Shown piece after piece: positions 57,069 to 64,000 of a stretch of 64,000 bases of DNA. The position numbers and the translations under genes were made by a program. The stretch's first letter is position 1. Each line of letters starts with the position of its first letter. The notes below the pieces were generated by a model. It was not told the origin of the DNA. It worked only from the letters and a program-made list of their open reading frames with translations, and did not search any database. This DNA is from Ignavibacteriota bacterium (GTDB taxonomy: Bacteria; Bacteroidota; Ignavibacteria; UBA10030; UBA6906), in assembly GCA_963748405.1 (NCBI GenBank), contig CAVVIT010000004.1, forward strand, positions 84,171 through 148,170. The letters run 5' to 3'.

Positions 57069-57101
57069 GAGCCCAATGAAATTTGTCGGGCTCTTTTTTT
57101 T
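57069..57101 (+). terminator. intrinsic terminator-like hairpin (GAGCCC...GGGCTC) followed by T8
   Basis: Seen in sequence: 6-bp GC stem, 13-nt loop, then TTTTTTTT. Orientation suits plus-strand transcripts entering the island from the host side. It abuts the 3' end of the minus-strand repressor gene. Confidence 0.5.
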
Positions 57102-57528
57102 ACGTCACGAGCGCCGTCACCACTCGCACGATCCTCTCCCGTTCCTCTTGGCTGAAGCGCTTCTTCCCTGATGCGACCAGGACCGAGGCTATATCTGAGA
57201 GAATCAAACTGAGTTCCTTTTCCGGACGCCAGTCGATATCCTGCAATAAGGCAAACCGGTTCTTTTTGCTGTCAAAGTGCACTCTTGCTCCCATTGATCT
57301 CGCTAAGGAGGCAAGAGTCGATCTTCGAGGTGGTCTCGTGACCTGTTTCTCCGATTTGTTCAGGATTTGGAAGATCGTCGCGGCACTGAGCTCGGCTCTC
57401 TTGGATAGGGTGAACTGGGATATTCCCTTTTCATCCATGATCCAGCGAATGAGCTTCTGGACGCCGGACTGTGAATAGGGGGCCGCAAAGATGGCTTTTA
57501 CTGCTCGGGCGGTGATCTTGGGTTTCAT
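57100..57528 (-). CDS. XRE-family helix-turn-helix transcriptional regulator (phage-repressor-like)
   Basis: GISQFTLSKRAELSAATIFQILN is a canonical HTH_XRE (helix-turn-helix) motif. 142 aa. Divergently arranged from the island replication genes. Low-GC codon usage. Confidence 0.75.
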   Translation of the reverse strand: MKPKITARAVKAIFAAPYSQSGVQKLIRWIMDEKGISQFTLSKRAELSAATIFQILNKSEKQVTRPPRRSTLASLARSMGARVHFDSKKNRFALLQDIDWRPEKELSLILSDIASVLVASGKKRFSQEERERIVRVVTALVT

Positions 57529-57554
57529 AGGGGTTACTTGGGCTTTTATTGTTT

Positions 57555-57583
57555 AATATAGTTTTTTTATTTGACTTTATCAA
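57555..57583 (-). promoter_or_regulatory. sigma70-like promoter for the repressor gene (-35 TTGATA, 17-nt spacer, -10 TATATT on minus strand)
   Basis: The reverse complement of the plus-strand sequence reads TTGATAaagtcaaataaaaaaacTATATT. It lies ~25 nt upstream of the repressor ATG at 57528 and overlaps the rightward promoter P1. Confidence 0.5.
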
Positions 57584-57599
57584 TGGAATTGCATATAGT
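57571..57599 (+). promoter_or_regulatory. sigma70-like promoter P1 (TTGACT, 17-nt spacer, TATAGT), rightward
   Basis: Seen in sequence: TTGACTttatcaatggaattgcaTATAGT. It is followed by the 12-bp palindrome ACGGGATCCCGT at 57610-57621, a candidate operator. Confidence 0.5.
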
Positions 57600-57630
57600 A
57601 GACTTGGGGACGGGATCCCGTTGAAACCCC

Positions 57631-57659
57631 TTGACAGAGAGCCTGATTTTGAATAGAAT
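57631..57659 (+). promoter_or_regulatory. sigma70-like promoter P2 (TTGACA, 17-nt spacer, TAGAAT), rightward
   Basis: Seen in sequence: TTGACAgagagcctgattttgaaTAGAAT, ~150 nt upstream of the gene at 57809. Confidence 0.5.
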
Positions 57660-57808
57660 AGGGTAGGGGTCATTCGATCCCCCCAGCCTTCCGAAAAATG
57701 ATCGGTCGGCACGTGGAGTTGGATGAAGAGATGGATGCTGACGATGGTCATCGATTGACGTACCCGCCTTTTCTACCCAATCCCTAAGAAGCCAAAGGAA
57801 CAAGAATC

Positions 57809-58078
57809 ATGAAGCATTTTCTCACTAAAGATCTATATCTATCCAGCTACCTCGCTTCTTCAGGTTGCCCGCTGGAGTCGCACAACCGAGTTGACGGAAT
57901 AACGATGTTCTCCTTCCTCCGCACTCGCGAGCTGGAGATGCTCGTTGAATCGTACTTCTCATTGAAGGCATCCGTAAATCCGATAAAGTATGATGAAGCC
58001 ATGAGGAACCTACGAACCCTGGCAATCGGTCCCAAGTCTCGACACGAAAATACTCTATCCAGCCGGGTGGCTGTGTGA
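57809..58078 (+). CDS. hypothetical small protein (89 aa) of the mobile element, first gene of the rightward operon
   Basis: AAGGAA RBS 6 nt before ATG. Low-GC codon usage consistent with neighbouring island genes. No recognisable family (positionally Cro/excisionase-like). Confidence 0.5.
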   Translation: MKHFLTKDLYLSSYLASSGCPLESHNRVDGITMFSFLRTRELEMLVESYFSLKASVNPIKYDEAMRNLRTLAIGPKSRHENTLSSRVAV

Positions 58079-58153
58079 GTTGAGAGCGACGGTAGTCGGC
58101 TCTATTTGAATGTGAGTCTGAAATGGCTCACCTAAAGACCAATATGTTCAACA

Positions 58154-60286
58154 ATGTTAAATGATGAAGATGTAAAACAAACTGACGCATCTGTTTCTGC
58201 GACACCCAATGACCAGGCACCGCCTGGGATCCTCGATTCAATCCTCGTTTCATATTCTGAACGCGTTACAGAACCGCAGACCACGCGCGTAACACTTGGT
58301 TCGATACTTACTGAGATTCAATCATCACCGGATCTTCAGCACAAGATTGCCGCTGTCCGTAGCCTTTCCGAACCTAAAGAACGGCAGGATCTGAAGAGGA
58401 AGACCCTCCCGTGGTTTTCGATGGCCGAGTACAAGAACAACCATCGGGACAACCTCTCCTTTCTATCGACGAAATATGTCATCCTCGATCCAGATCACAT
58501 CGCTGGACACCTCAGTGACCTGCTGGTCAAGGTCAGAACCGATCCAAAAATCTTTGTTGCCTTCGTCTCTCCATCGGGAGATGGGCTCAAATTGATTGTC
58601 GAGCTCGAGAATGCCGTGACCGCCGCAGAGGACTTCCGGGGGGCGTTCGGCTACCTTCGGGACATCATCGAGAAGGAATACGGAATTGCTATCGATGGGG
58701 ACGACGACCCTGCCCGAGCGTGCTATCTGTCATATGATCCTGAGCTATGGGTCAATCTGAACAGAAAAGCCATGCAAATACCCACGGTAACAAAGGTGGA
58801 TTCGTTACAGGTTAGGATTGATCTCTCTCGCACATCGTCGATGCTGGAAGCTCTTTCCGGTTCAACGTCACCTGGGCGAACCCATAAGGCAACGCAAATC
58901 ATTGGGCGTTTCATCGAGAGAGGAATCCGACTGGATGAGGCCATGGAATTGGTAAGGATCTGGGACCAGTCGAAGAATACCCCTCCTCTTGGGGAGCAGA
59001 AGATTGCGTCGACCGTGCGAGACATGTATAAGCGGTACAATGACGGAGGGTTCGCGCAAAAGCTGGATCGTTTCTACTCCTACCGGAGCGATATCTACGA
59101 TGTCGGAATCGTCGGAGAGAACTTCTTTCTGGAGAATGTCGGACAGAGAAAGTTCTTTATCCAGACAGATGCCGCGGATGTTGAGACGCAGAAGCGGTTC
59201 CTGGAACATGTTGTGAAGGAGAAACACATACGCCACCTACAGCGAATCGATCATCTCGGGGACATGAATGCCGAGAAATCTGTCGTTGAATACGTCTCCG
59301 ACAAGGGTCTCTTTGAAGTGCACTATTCGCCTGTCGCGGTAAGGGTCAGGGGCAACGATTTCGTTGAAACCTGGCTGTCGTCAACTTTTGGAATCCATAA
59401 GGATTTCATCAAGGAGTGGCTCGCGATGTACTGCTACACGAATTACCGCAAGCTCCCGACATTGGTTCTGAAAGGTGATCGTGGAACCGGAAAGAACACA
59501 TTTGCGGAGTCAGTCCTCTCCATCTTTCCATCGATATCTCAGTTCTGGCACGGGGAAGAGAAGGGCTTTACCCCCGAAGTGCAAAAGAAATTGCTCATTG
59601 CAGATGAGTCGGTTTCGGCTAATGAAAAGCAATACCGAATGCTGAAGCAGAGATCGGGCCAGAAGATGTCAGTCGTCAATCAGAAATTCCTCCCGGAGTA
59701 CCAGGTCCTCAACAACATGAACATCATCATCATGTCGAACGAACACACGCCGATATTCGTGCAGAAGGACGAGGAGCCCACGAGCGTGAAAAACAACCAG
59801 TTCTTCGTCTACACGTTGCCGAAGCTGGAAGGGGAGATTGACCCTGATTTCGGCCAAAAAATCGAAGATAGGATGGGGCACTATGTAAGGACGGAACTAA
59901 GGAATGTCTACATGAAGGCTCAGGCATATGCCGGTTGTCGGTACTCCATACCGACGCCCATCACGGATGACGAGAAGGCTCTCTTCAACGTGAACATGAC
60001 TGGGCTGGAAGCCGAAGGCATGAAATTCCTCCAGAAAATGGTGGAGGCGAGCGGTTCGGCCTATACGAGTTTCTTCGAGAATGGGCTGTTCCCATCGTCA
60101 TTCATCGATGCCTTTACGATCTCAAAGGGCTACACGAAGAATGGAGTTATCCGAAACCTTAAGGAGAAGGATTACCTGGTGCCTGCCGATCCAGCCAGGA
60201 AAATGGTCAAAGGGGAGAGGCAATACTGCTACCAGATGACCGACAAACTGAAATCGTGGTACGAAAACCAGAAGCTTGCCCAGTGA
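58154..60286 (+). CDS. replication protein: N-terminal primase-polymerase (AEP/VirE_N, BT4734-like) domain fused to a C-terminal D5/P4-type SF3-helicase-like P-loop NTPase
   Basis: N-terminus: YVILDPDH (DxD), FVSPSGDGLKLIV (sGxGxH/K-type motif), ACYLSYDPE (third acidic motif) are archaeo-eukaryotic primase-like. C-terminus: VLKGDRGTGKNTFAES (Walker A variant) and KKLLIADES (Walker B), with the domain organisation of phage/plasmid primase-helicases. Confidence 0.7.
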   Translation: MLNDEDVKQTDASVSATPNDQAPPGILDSILVSYSERVTEPQTTRVTLGSILTEIQSSPDLQHKIAAVRSLSEPKERQDLKRKTLPWFSMAEYKNNHRDNLSFLSTKYVILDPDHIAGHLSDLLVKVRTDPKIFVAFVSPSGDGLKLIVELENAVTAAEDFRGAFGYLRDIIEKEYGIAIDGDDDPARACYLSYDPELWVNLNRKAMQIPTVTKVDSLQVRIDLSRTSSMLEALSGSTSPGRTHKATQIIGRFIERGIRLDEAMELVRIWDQSKNTPPLGEQKIASTVRDMYKRYNDGGFAQKLDRFYSYRSDIYDVGIVGENFFLENVGQRKFFIQTDAADVETQKRFLEHVVKEKHIRHLQRIDHLGDMNAEKSVVEYVSDKGLFEVHYSPVAVRVRGNDFVETWLSSTFGIHKDFIKEWLAMYCYTNYRKLPTLVLKGDRGTGKNTFAESVLSIFPSISQFWHGEEKGFTPEVQKKLLIADESVSANEKQYRMLKQRSGQKMSVVNQKFLPEYQVLNNMNIIIMSNEHTPIFVQKDEEPTSVKNNQFFVYTLPKLEGEIDPDFGQKIEDRMGHYVRTELRNVYMKAQAYAGCRYSIPTPITDDEKALFNVNMTGLEAEGMKFLQKMVEASGSAYTSFFENGLFPSSFIDAFTISKGYTKNGVIRNLKEKDYLVPADPARKMVKGERQYCYQMTDKLKSWYENQKLAQ

Positions 60287-60292
60287 GGAGAC

Positions 60293-60501
60293 GCATTGCC
60301 CATCGATTGCCTGTAGTTGGGCAATCCTTGGGCAGTGTTTTGAGTAGGAATAGCAATGCTTTTCATATGATTTGCCCATTTACCTGTAAGAGATTCAGTT
60401 AGAGAAAGAAAAGAAAGTGGTGAAAGAGAATATAGCGTTGAACCTTCAGCGCACGGGGTATAGGTGAAAATTGAAAATGGGCAGGCAAATGGGCAATTGC
60501 G
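60293..60501. repeat. iteron-like array: at least 6 copies of TGGGCA(A/G)/TGCCCA in both orientations, with an adjacent AT-rich tract (putative replication origin)
   Basis: Seen in sequence: ATTGCCCA (60295), TTGGGCAAT (60317), TTGGGCAG (60328), TTTGCCCAT (60371), AATGGGCAG (60476), AATGGGCAATTGC (60487), then an AT-rich tract at 60570-60600. A further copy CTTGGGCAATTG lies at 61181. Confidence 0.5.
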
Positions 60502-60847
60502 AGGCCAAAAACAAAAAGATAAAAGCCCAAAAGCCTGAACGACGGGGGGAGGGGCTTTCCGCGAAGCAGATCTTTTCTTTTAGTTTTTATTTTGGATCCG
60601 CCCGCTGGCTCGCGTTATTCGGAGAAGATTAGAAAGCACTCTCCCTCTGTGGTGGATCTCGGGGATAATATGTCGAAATCCGGTCAATCTGAAGCCGATT
60701 CAGGGAAAAGGTGACGGCAACACAAGAAAAATAAACAGGGCGCTCGGTAACGACCACAGTTCCGGAAAAGACTCGGGCCAGTGAAAACGTATCACCATCT
60801 TCAGGATGAACGGCTCGAGACTCGAAGACATTACAAAGGAGAGCTAT

Positions 60848-61024
60848 ATGACAACTGAGAAAGCACAGAAGATCCTCAACGCCATCAAGAAACGAGACCG
60901 TCTCGCCAGCAAGCACTGGACCCCCTACCAAGGTCCAGCGGATTGGGACTTCATTGTACTGAACTCATCAAAAGAGGAACTGGAAGAAGGGAAGGAGGAG
61001 AAGTCGGAGGTCAGCAATGGATGA
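60848..61024 (+). CDS. hypothetical small protein (58 aa)
   Basis: AAGGAGAG RBS 5 nt upstream of ATG 60848 (MTTEKAQKILNAIKK...). The longer ORF from 60806 lacks an RBS. Confidence 0.35.
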   Translation: MTTEKAQKILNAIKKRDRLASKHWTPYQGPADWDFIVLNSSKEELEEGKEEKSEVSNG

Positions 61025-61193
61025 GGATATGCTGGCTCGGATGAATGACAATCAGAACAGGGACCGCATTCTCGAAGATCTCAACCGCTCAACTCTGGAC
61101 GACGTCGGGCCGGTGGGCAAAACGCAGGCGGCAAAAATGCTGCAGGAGATGAACAATCTCTCAAGTGAGGAGTCCCGACTCTTGGGCAATTGA
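61017..61193 (+). CDS. hypothetical small protein (58 aa)
   Basis: ATG overlaps the upstream stop (ATGGATGA), which suggests coupling. MDEDMLARMNDNQNRDRILEDL... Followed by the terminator hairpin. Under 60 aa, so not in the ORF track. Confidence 0.3.
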   Translation: MDEDMLARMNDNQNRDRILEDLNRSTLDDVGPVGKTQAAKMLQEMNNLSSEESRLLGN

Positions 61194-61198
61194 AAAGC

Positions 61199-61235
61199 CG
61201 TCCCAATTTCTTGGCCGTTGGGACTTTGTAATCCC
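61199..61235 (+). terminator. rho-independent terminator-like hairpin GTCCCAA(n11)TTGGGAC + TTTGT
   Basis: Seen in sequence immediately after the stop at 61193: ccGTCCCAAtttcttggccgTTGGGACtttgtaat. Confidence 0.5.
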
Positions 61236-61688
61236 CCCTCAAAGAATTCCCGAGAATTACCGTGGTTGACAGATTTGCTGCTCGAAAATCTCGGTTGAGA
61301 ATTCTCCAAAATCTCGATCCCTGGGGTATATATGATGAAGGTGCCATTCCTGCGAAACATCAAAATATACTTGCGATAAAGGCAAATGAGTGACTTGACA
61401 CGAAAGTTGCAGACAATAGGAAGAAATTCGTCAGGTTCTGGCGTAGACTTCTCGGGACTGACAGATTTTATTAGGTTTGCGAATCGCGGATCAAGGGGAT
61501 ATATTAGGTGACATTGATAGCCGCCTCGTTTGATTGCATCGTATCTGATCGATGATAACTAAGTCCTGTTTGCTCAGCCGAATGGCCAGTTGAGCGATTG
61601 GATCCGATGCAGCGAGTCAATCCTCGCTATTCCGTTCTTACACCCTTCATCTGTTTTTCACAATTCCTCTCTGACTCGGAGTTGGATC

Positions 61689-63185
61689 ATGCGAACAAAC
61701 ATCGCGGTAGTGTTTCTCTTGTTCTCATTCTTCGAAAGTTTTGTGACGTTGTTGTCTCCAGCCGAATGCAACGCGCAAGTGATCGTCAAAGAACGCGTCT
61801 CAATATTCCCAGACATTGTGACGGGCTCATATCGGAAGAATCCACGGGACACGCCTCCAAATCTGTTTATCGTTGCCCCAAGATCGGGTCTCATGCAGTT
61901 TGAAATTTCATACGGCTGGAAACTCAACTCGGCGATTCCATCCTCTGCCACTTTTAGGGTTGCCCTTCCTGAGACGACTTATACCACAACCGTCACCGAC
62001 TTCTTCAACCGATTTACGAGCTTCCCGGTTTATAACACGAACATCTGCCAAAGTCCGCCGACGTCAAACAACTATGTCAGGTTCTCTGACATGCGAAACA
62101 CGCCATATCCATTCAAGCTGCTCTTTATCAGGGTCCCTCGGCCAGGTGATACATTGCGATTTACGTTGCACGATGGAGCAGATATTCCCAGCACGACCCT
62201 CAGCGGCGACTCGTCAACTGGTTGGACTGTCTTCAATTCGATAGACCCGCCCAATGTGCAATGCTGGTCGTCACCGGACAACCAAGAGGCAACCAGTGCC
62301 GTATTGAAATTCGCAGATACTGCAATCGCCGGTTTCCGCGTGAAAGGAGATTATGACACCGTTTTCTACGGTCATGCTACCCCAGTTAGGGTGACTGCCA
62401 TTAACAGCGCAGGTAATGAAGTCTATTACAGCGCTTCAAATCAGATTTCCCTATCCTATACTCCTACGATATACGGCAGATTCATTAACGCAGCTTGGGA
62501 CACAGTCGCCTCCCCGATAACCCAGAATTATTCTGATGCAAGAAATGGAAAAGTGTGGTATGTTTCTGATCCTGGTAGGCTCTCGGATTCTGTTCACCCA
62601 ATTACATTGACAGCGAAGAACATACAGGACACTTCGAAGCATGGGACGGGTACGGTCACAATAAAGAACGAATGGACTATATTTAACCAATGGAATACGC
62701 TTTGGAGGGACAGCGCTTATGATTTTGAACCAGGCGCTACTATCTGGGGTAAAGGTTGTGCTCTGACGTGTTTTGCTATGATTTTGAAGAGATATGGTTA
62801 CAACGTCACCCCTGGTACTCTTAATTCATGGATGAAAAATAGTGATCACTTAGGGTTCGACCCAGGGGGAAATGTTCATTGGGTAGTTCCGGAAGAGTAT
62901 TCAGGTGGAGTGTCACTTGCATTCATGGGCCTAGTGGCGAACCCAAACGGCTCACCATTAAGCCTCTCGGTAATAGATAATTGCCCAGAGCCTAATTGGT
63001 CGCTCATGGCACAGGTTGATGATGGAGCTTCGACTCACTATATCATCATCGTCGGAAAGAATCTTGCTGGTGAATACGTGACATTAGACCCCATCTATTC
63101 CACGCCGAGGACACTTGTCGATTACGGTACGCCAGCTTACCCTCATGGCCGAATTCGTAAACTGATTAAGTACTGGAAGAACTGA
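61689..63185 (+). CDS. secreted protein with C-terminal papain-like (C39-like) cysteine peptidase signature
   Basis: Signal peptide MRTNIAVVFLLFSFFESFVTLLSPAECNA. C-terminal GKGCALTCFAMILKRYGY (candidate nucleophile Cys in a G-x-C-[AG]-x-[TA]-x2-A-M-[IV]-L context) and downstream THYIIIVG (candidate His). GGAG RBS. The TTG-start ORF from 61590 is rejected in favour of ATG 61689. Confidence 0.5.
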   Translation: MRTNIAVVFLLFSFFESFVTLLSPAECNAQVIVKERVSIFPDIVTGSYRKNPRDTPPNLFIVAPRSGLMQFEISYGWKLNSAIPSSATFRVALPETTYTTTVTDFFNRFTSFPVYNTNICQSPPTSNNYVRFSDMRNTPYPFKLLFIRVPRPGDTLRFTLHDGADIPSTTLSGDSSTGWTVFNSIDPPNVQCWSSPDNQEATSAVLKFADTAIAGFRVKGDYDTVFYGHATPVRVTAINSAGNEVYYSASNQISLSYTPTIYGRFINAAWDTVASPITQNYSDARNGKVWYVSDPGRLSDSVHPITLTAKNIQDTSKHGTGTVTIKNEWTIFNQWNTLWRDSAYDFEPGATIWGKGCALTCFAMILKRYGYNVTPGTLNSWMKNSDHLGFDPGGNVHWVVPEEYSGGVSLAFMGLVANPNGSPLSLSVIDNCPEPNWSLMAQVDDGASTHYIIIVGKNLAGEYVTLDPIYSTPRTLVDYGTPAYPHGRIRKLIKYWKN

Positions 63186-63207
63186 AACCCCGAGAGAAGG
63201 AGAAAAG

Positions 63208-64000
63208 ATGAACTCCAAGTCAGTTTGTGGAAGATTTCTGGTCGGCCTCCTCGTGCTCGTTAGGCCGTTATCCGCCGTTATGGGTCAATCGTCGGGAATG
63301 GAAGTTCACTCCTCAATGAACATTCAATTCCTTGTAGTAGACCCGATTGGTCGAAAGACTGGCATAGACGGCCAGAGCAATACATTTTTTGGGGATATCC
63401 CGTCGTCCGTCTACGATACACTTTCAAGTGGTGACATCGATACATCAAAGCCAAATACATTGTCTCGCGAATGCATATTTGGGTGGGGTGCTGATTCTTT
63501 GATCCAAGGCAATTACTACATCAAGGTTTACGTCCTACAAAGCGGCAATTTCTGGATAGACAACGTTGTCACTCGGGTTCCGACTTTTTACCACCAAGCA
63601 GTCAACCACGTTGGGACCGCTGGTGATACATATCTGTACAGAATCCCATACAGCTACAATCCTACAAGCCCAATAACGCTTGACACTTTGACAACCACAA
63701 GAGAAGTGCAGGGTGGCATATTTAATCCAACAGGAACAAGTACATTGTCCATCAAAGTGAAGGCATCACAAAACCAAGGCACGCGGGACACCCTGACAGG
63801 AGGCACTGTGACGGTCCGTTGGCGGTCAAGGTATACGTTGTCTATAGGGACAGTCTCTTCGCCGACTTACGGCTTCTCCGCATTCGGGCCAGTTGATTCT
63901 CAGGGTAGCTATAAGTATCAGACGTTTCGGACAACAAACCACGTTCCTGTTGCTTGGACCGCTGGAACGGAGTATGAGATTCTTACTGTAAGCATAATTG
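63208..64000 (+). CDS. secreted hypothetical protein (3'-partial, runs off window)
   Basis: GAGAAGGAG RBS 8 nt before ATG. Signal-peptide-like MNSKSVCGRFLVGLLVLVRPLSAV. Open frame to the window end. Thr/Ser-rich, predicted beta-rich. Confidence 0.5.
   Translation, partial: MNSKSVCGRFLVGLLVLVRPLSAVMGQSSGMEVHSSMNIQFLVVDPIGRKTGIDGQSNTFFGDIPSSVYDTLSSGDIDTSKPNTLSRECIFGWGADSLIQGNYYIKVYVLQSGNFWIDNVVTRVPTFYHQAVNHVGTAGDTYLYRIPYSYNPTSPITLDTLTTTREVQGGIFNPTGTSTLSIKVKASQNQGTRDTLTGGTVTVRWRSRYTLSIGTVSSPTYGFSAFGPVDSQGSYKYQTFRTTNHVPVAWTAGTEYEILTVSII

Noticed and set aside
57083-57478. 131-aa plus-strand ORF
   Set aside because: It exactly shadows the HTH repressor gene on the opposite strand. Its start sits inside the terminator T-tract and it has no RBS.
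57698-57787. 29-codon upstream ORF (MIGRHVELDEEMDADDGHRLTYPPFLPNP) in the leader of the island operon
   Set aside because: No convincing RBS and very short. It may be a uORF or chance, and is not reported as a gene.
1-64000. CRISPR arrays, rRNA genes, IS elements/transposases
   Set aside because: No regularly spaced short direct repeats, no rRNA-like conserved stretches, and no transposase-like ORFs with terminal inverted repeats were seen. The only mobile DNA is the low-GC island after the tRNA.

Overview
This is a high-GC (~65%) bacterial chromosomal segment. It carries at least two T9SS-type C-terminal sorting domains, which suggests a high-GC lineage of the FCB group. Positions 103-49145 form one long, almost entirely co-directional polysaccharide (EPS/O-antigen-type) biosynthesis locus, with many 4-nt ATGA/GTGA overlaps between consecutive genes.

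The locus contains:
- two O-antigen-ligase/Wzy-like proteins, two Wzx flippases, and Wza-like export and Wzz-like chain-length proteins;
- two different priming enzymes (a WecA-like PNPT fusion and a WbaP-like PHPT), plus a GT2 fused to a degenerate PHPT domain;
- about 12 further glycosyltransferases of families GT1, GT2, GT9 and GT26;
- nucleotide-sugar enzymes (RmlB, RmlC-like, Ugd, UXS-like, CDP-glucose pyrophosphorylase, a DegT aminotransferase and a C-methyltransferase);
- NodB and PIG-L deacetylases, and four tandem FemAB/CelD-like GNAT paralogs interleaved with a GT2;
- an orphan CheY-like receiver;
- an adjacent dockerin-bearing FG-GAP beta-propeller protein and a cohesin-like protein with a T9SS C-terminal domain.

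Downstream are housekeeping genes (accA, a hotdog thioesterase, a Trm112-like gene, nadC, a MOP flippase-like gene, DUF1385, prfA and tadA on the minus strand) and a tRNA-Arg(TCG) on the minus strand. From about 56.9 kb to the window end the GC content drops sharply. That stretch looks like an integrative mobile element of the phage-satellite/PICI type. It has an XRE-type repressor with divergent overlapping consensus sigma70-like promoters and a 12-bp palindromic operator, a primase-polymerase/SF3-helicase gene followed by an iteron-rich putative origin, small ORFs, and secreted cargo proteins (one with a papain-like Cys/His signature). No integrase, CRISPR array, rRNA or IS element is visible in the window.

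Nearly all long minus-strand ORFs are antisense shadows typical of high-GC DNA. All assignments are from reading the translations; no database search was run. Coordinates carry a possible +/-1 uncertainty from manual counting.
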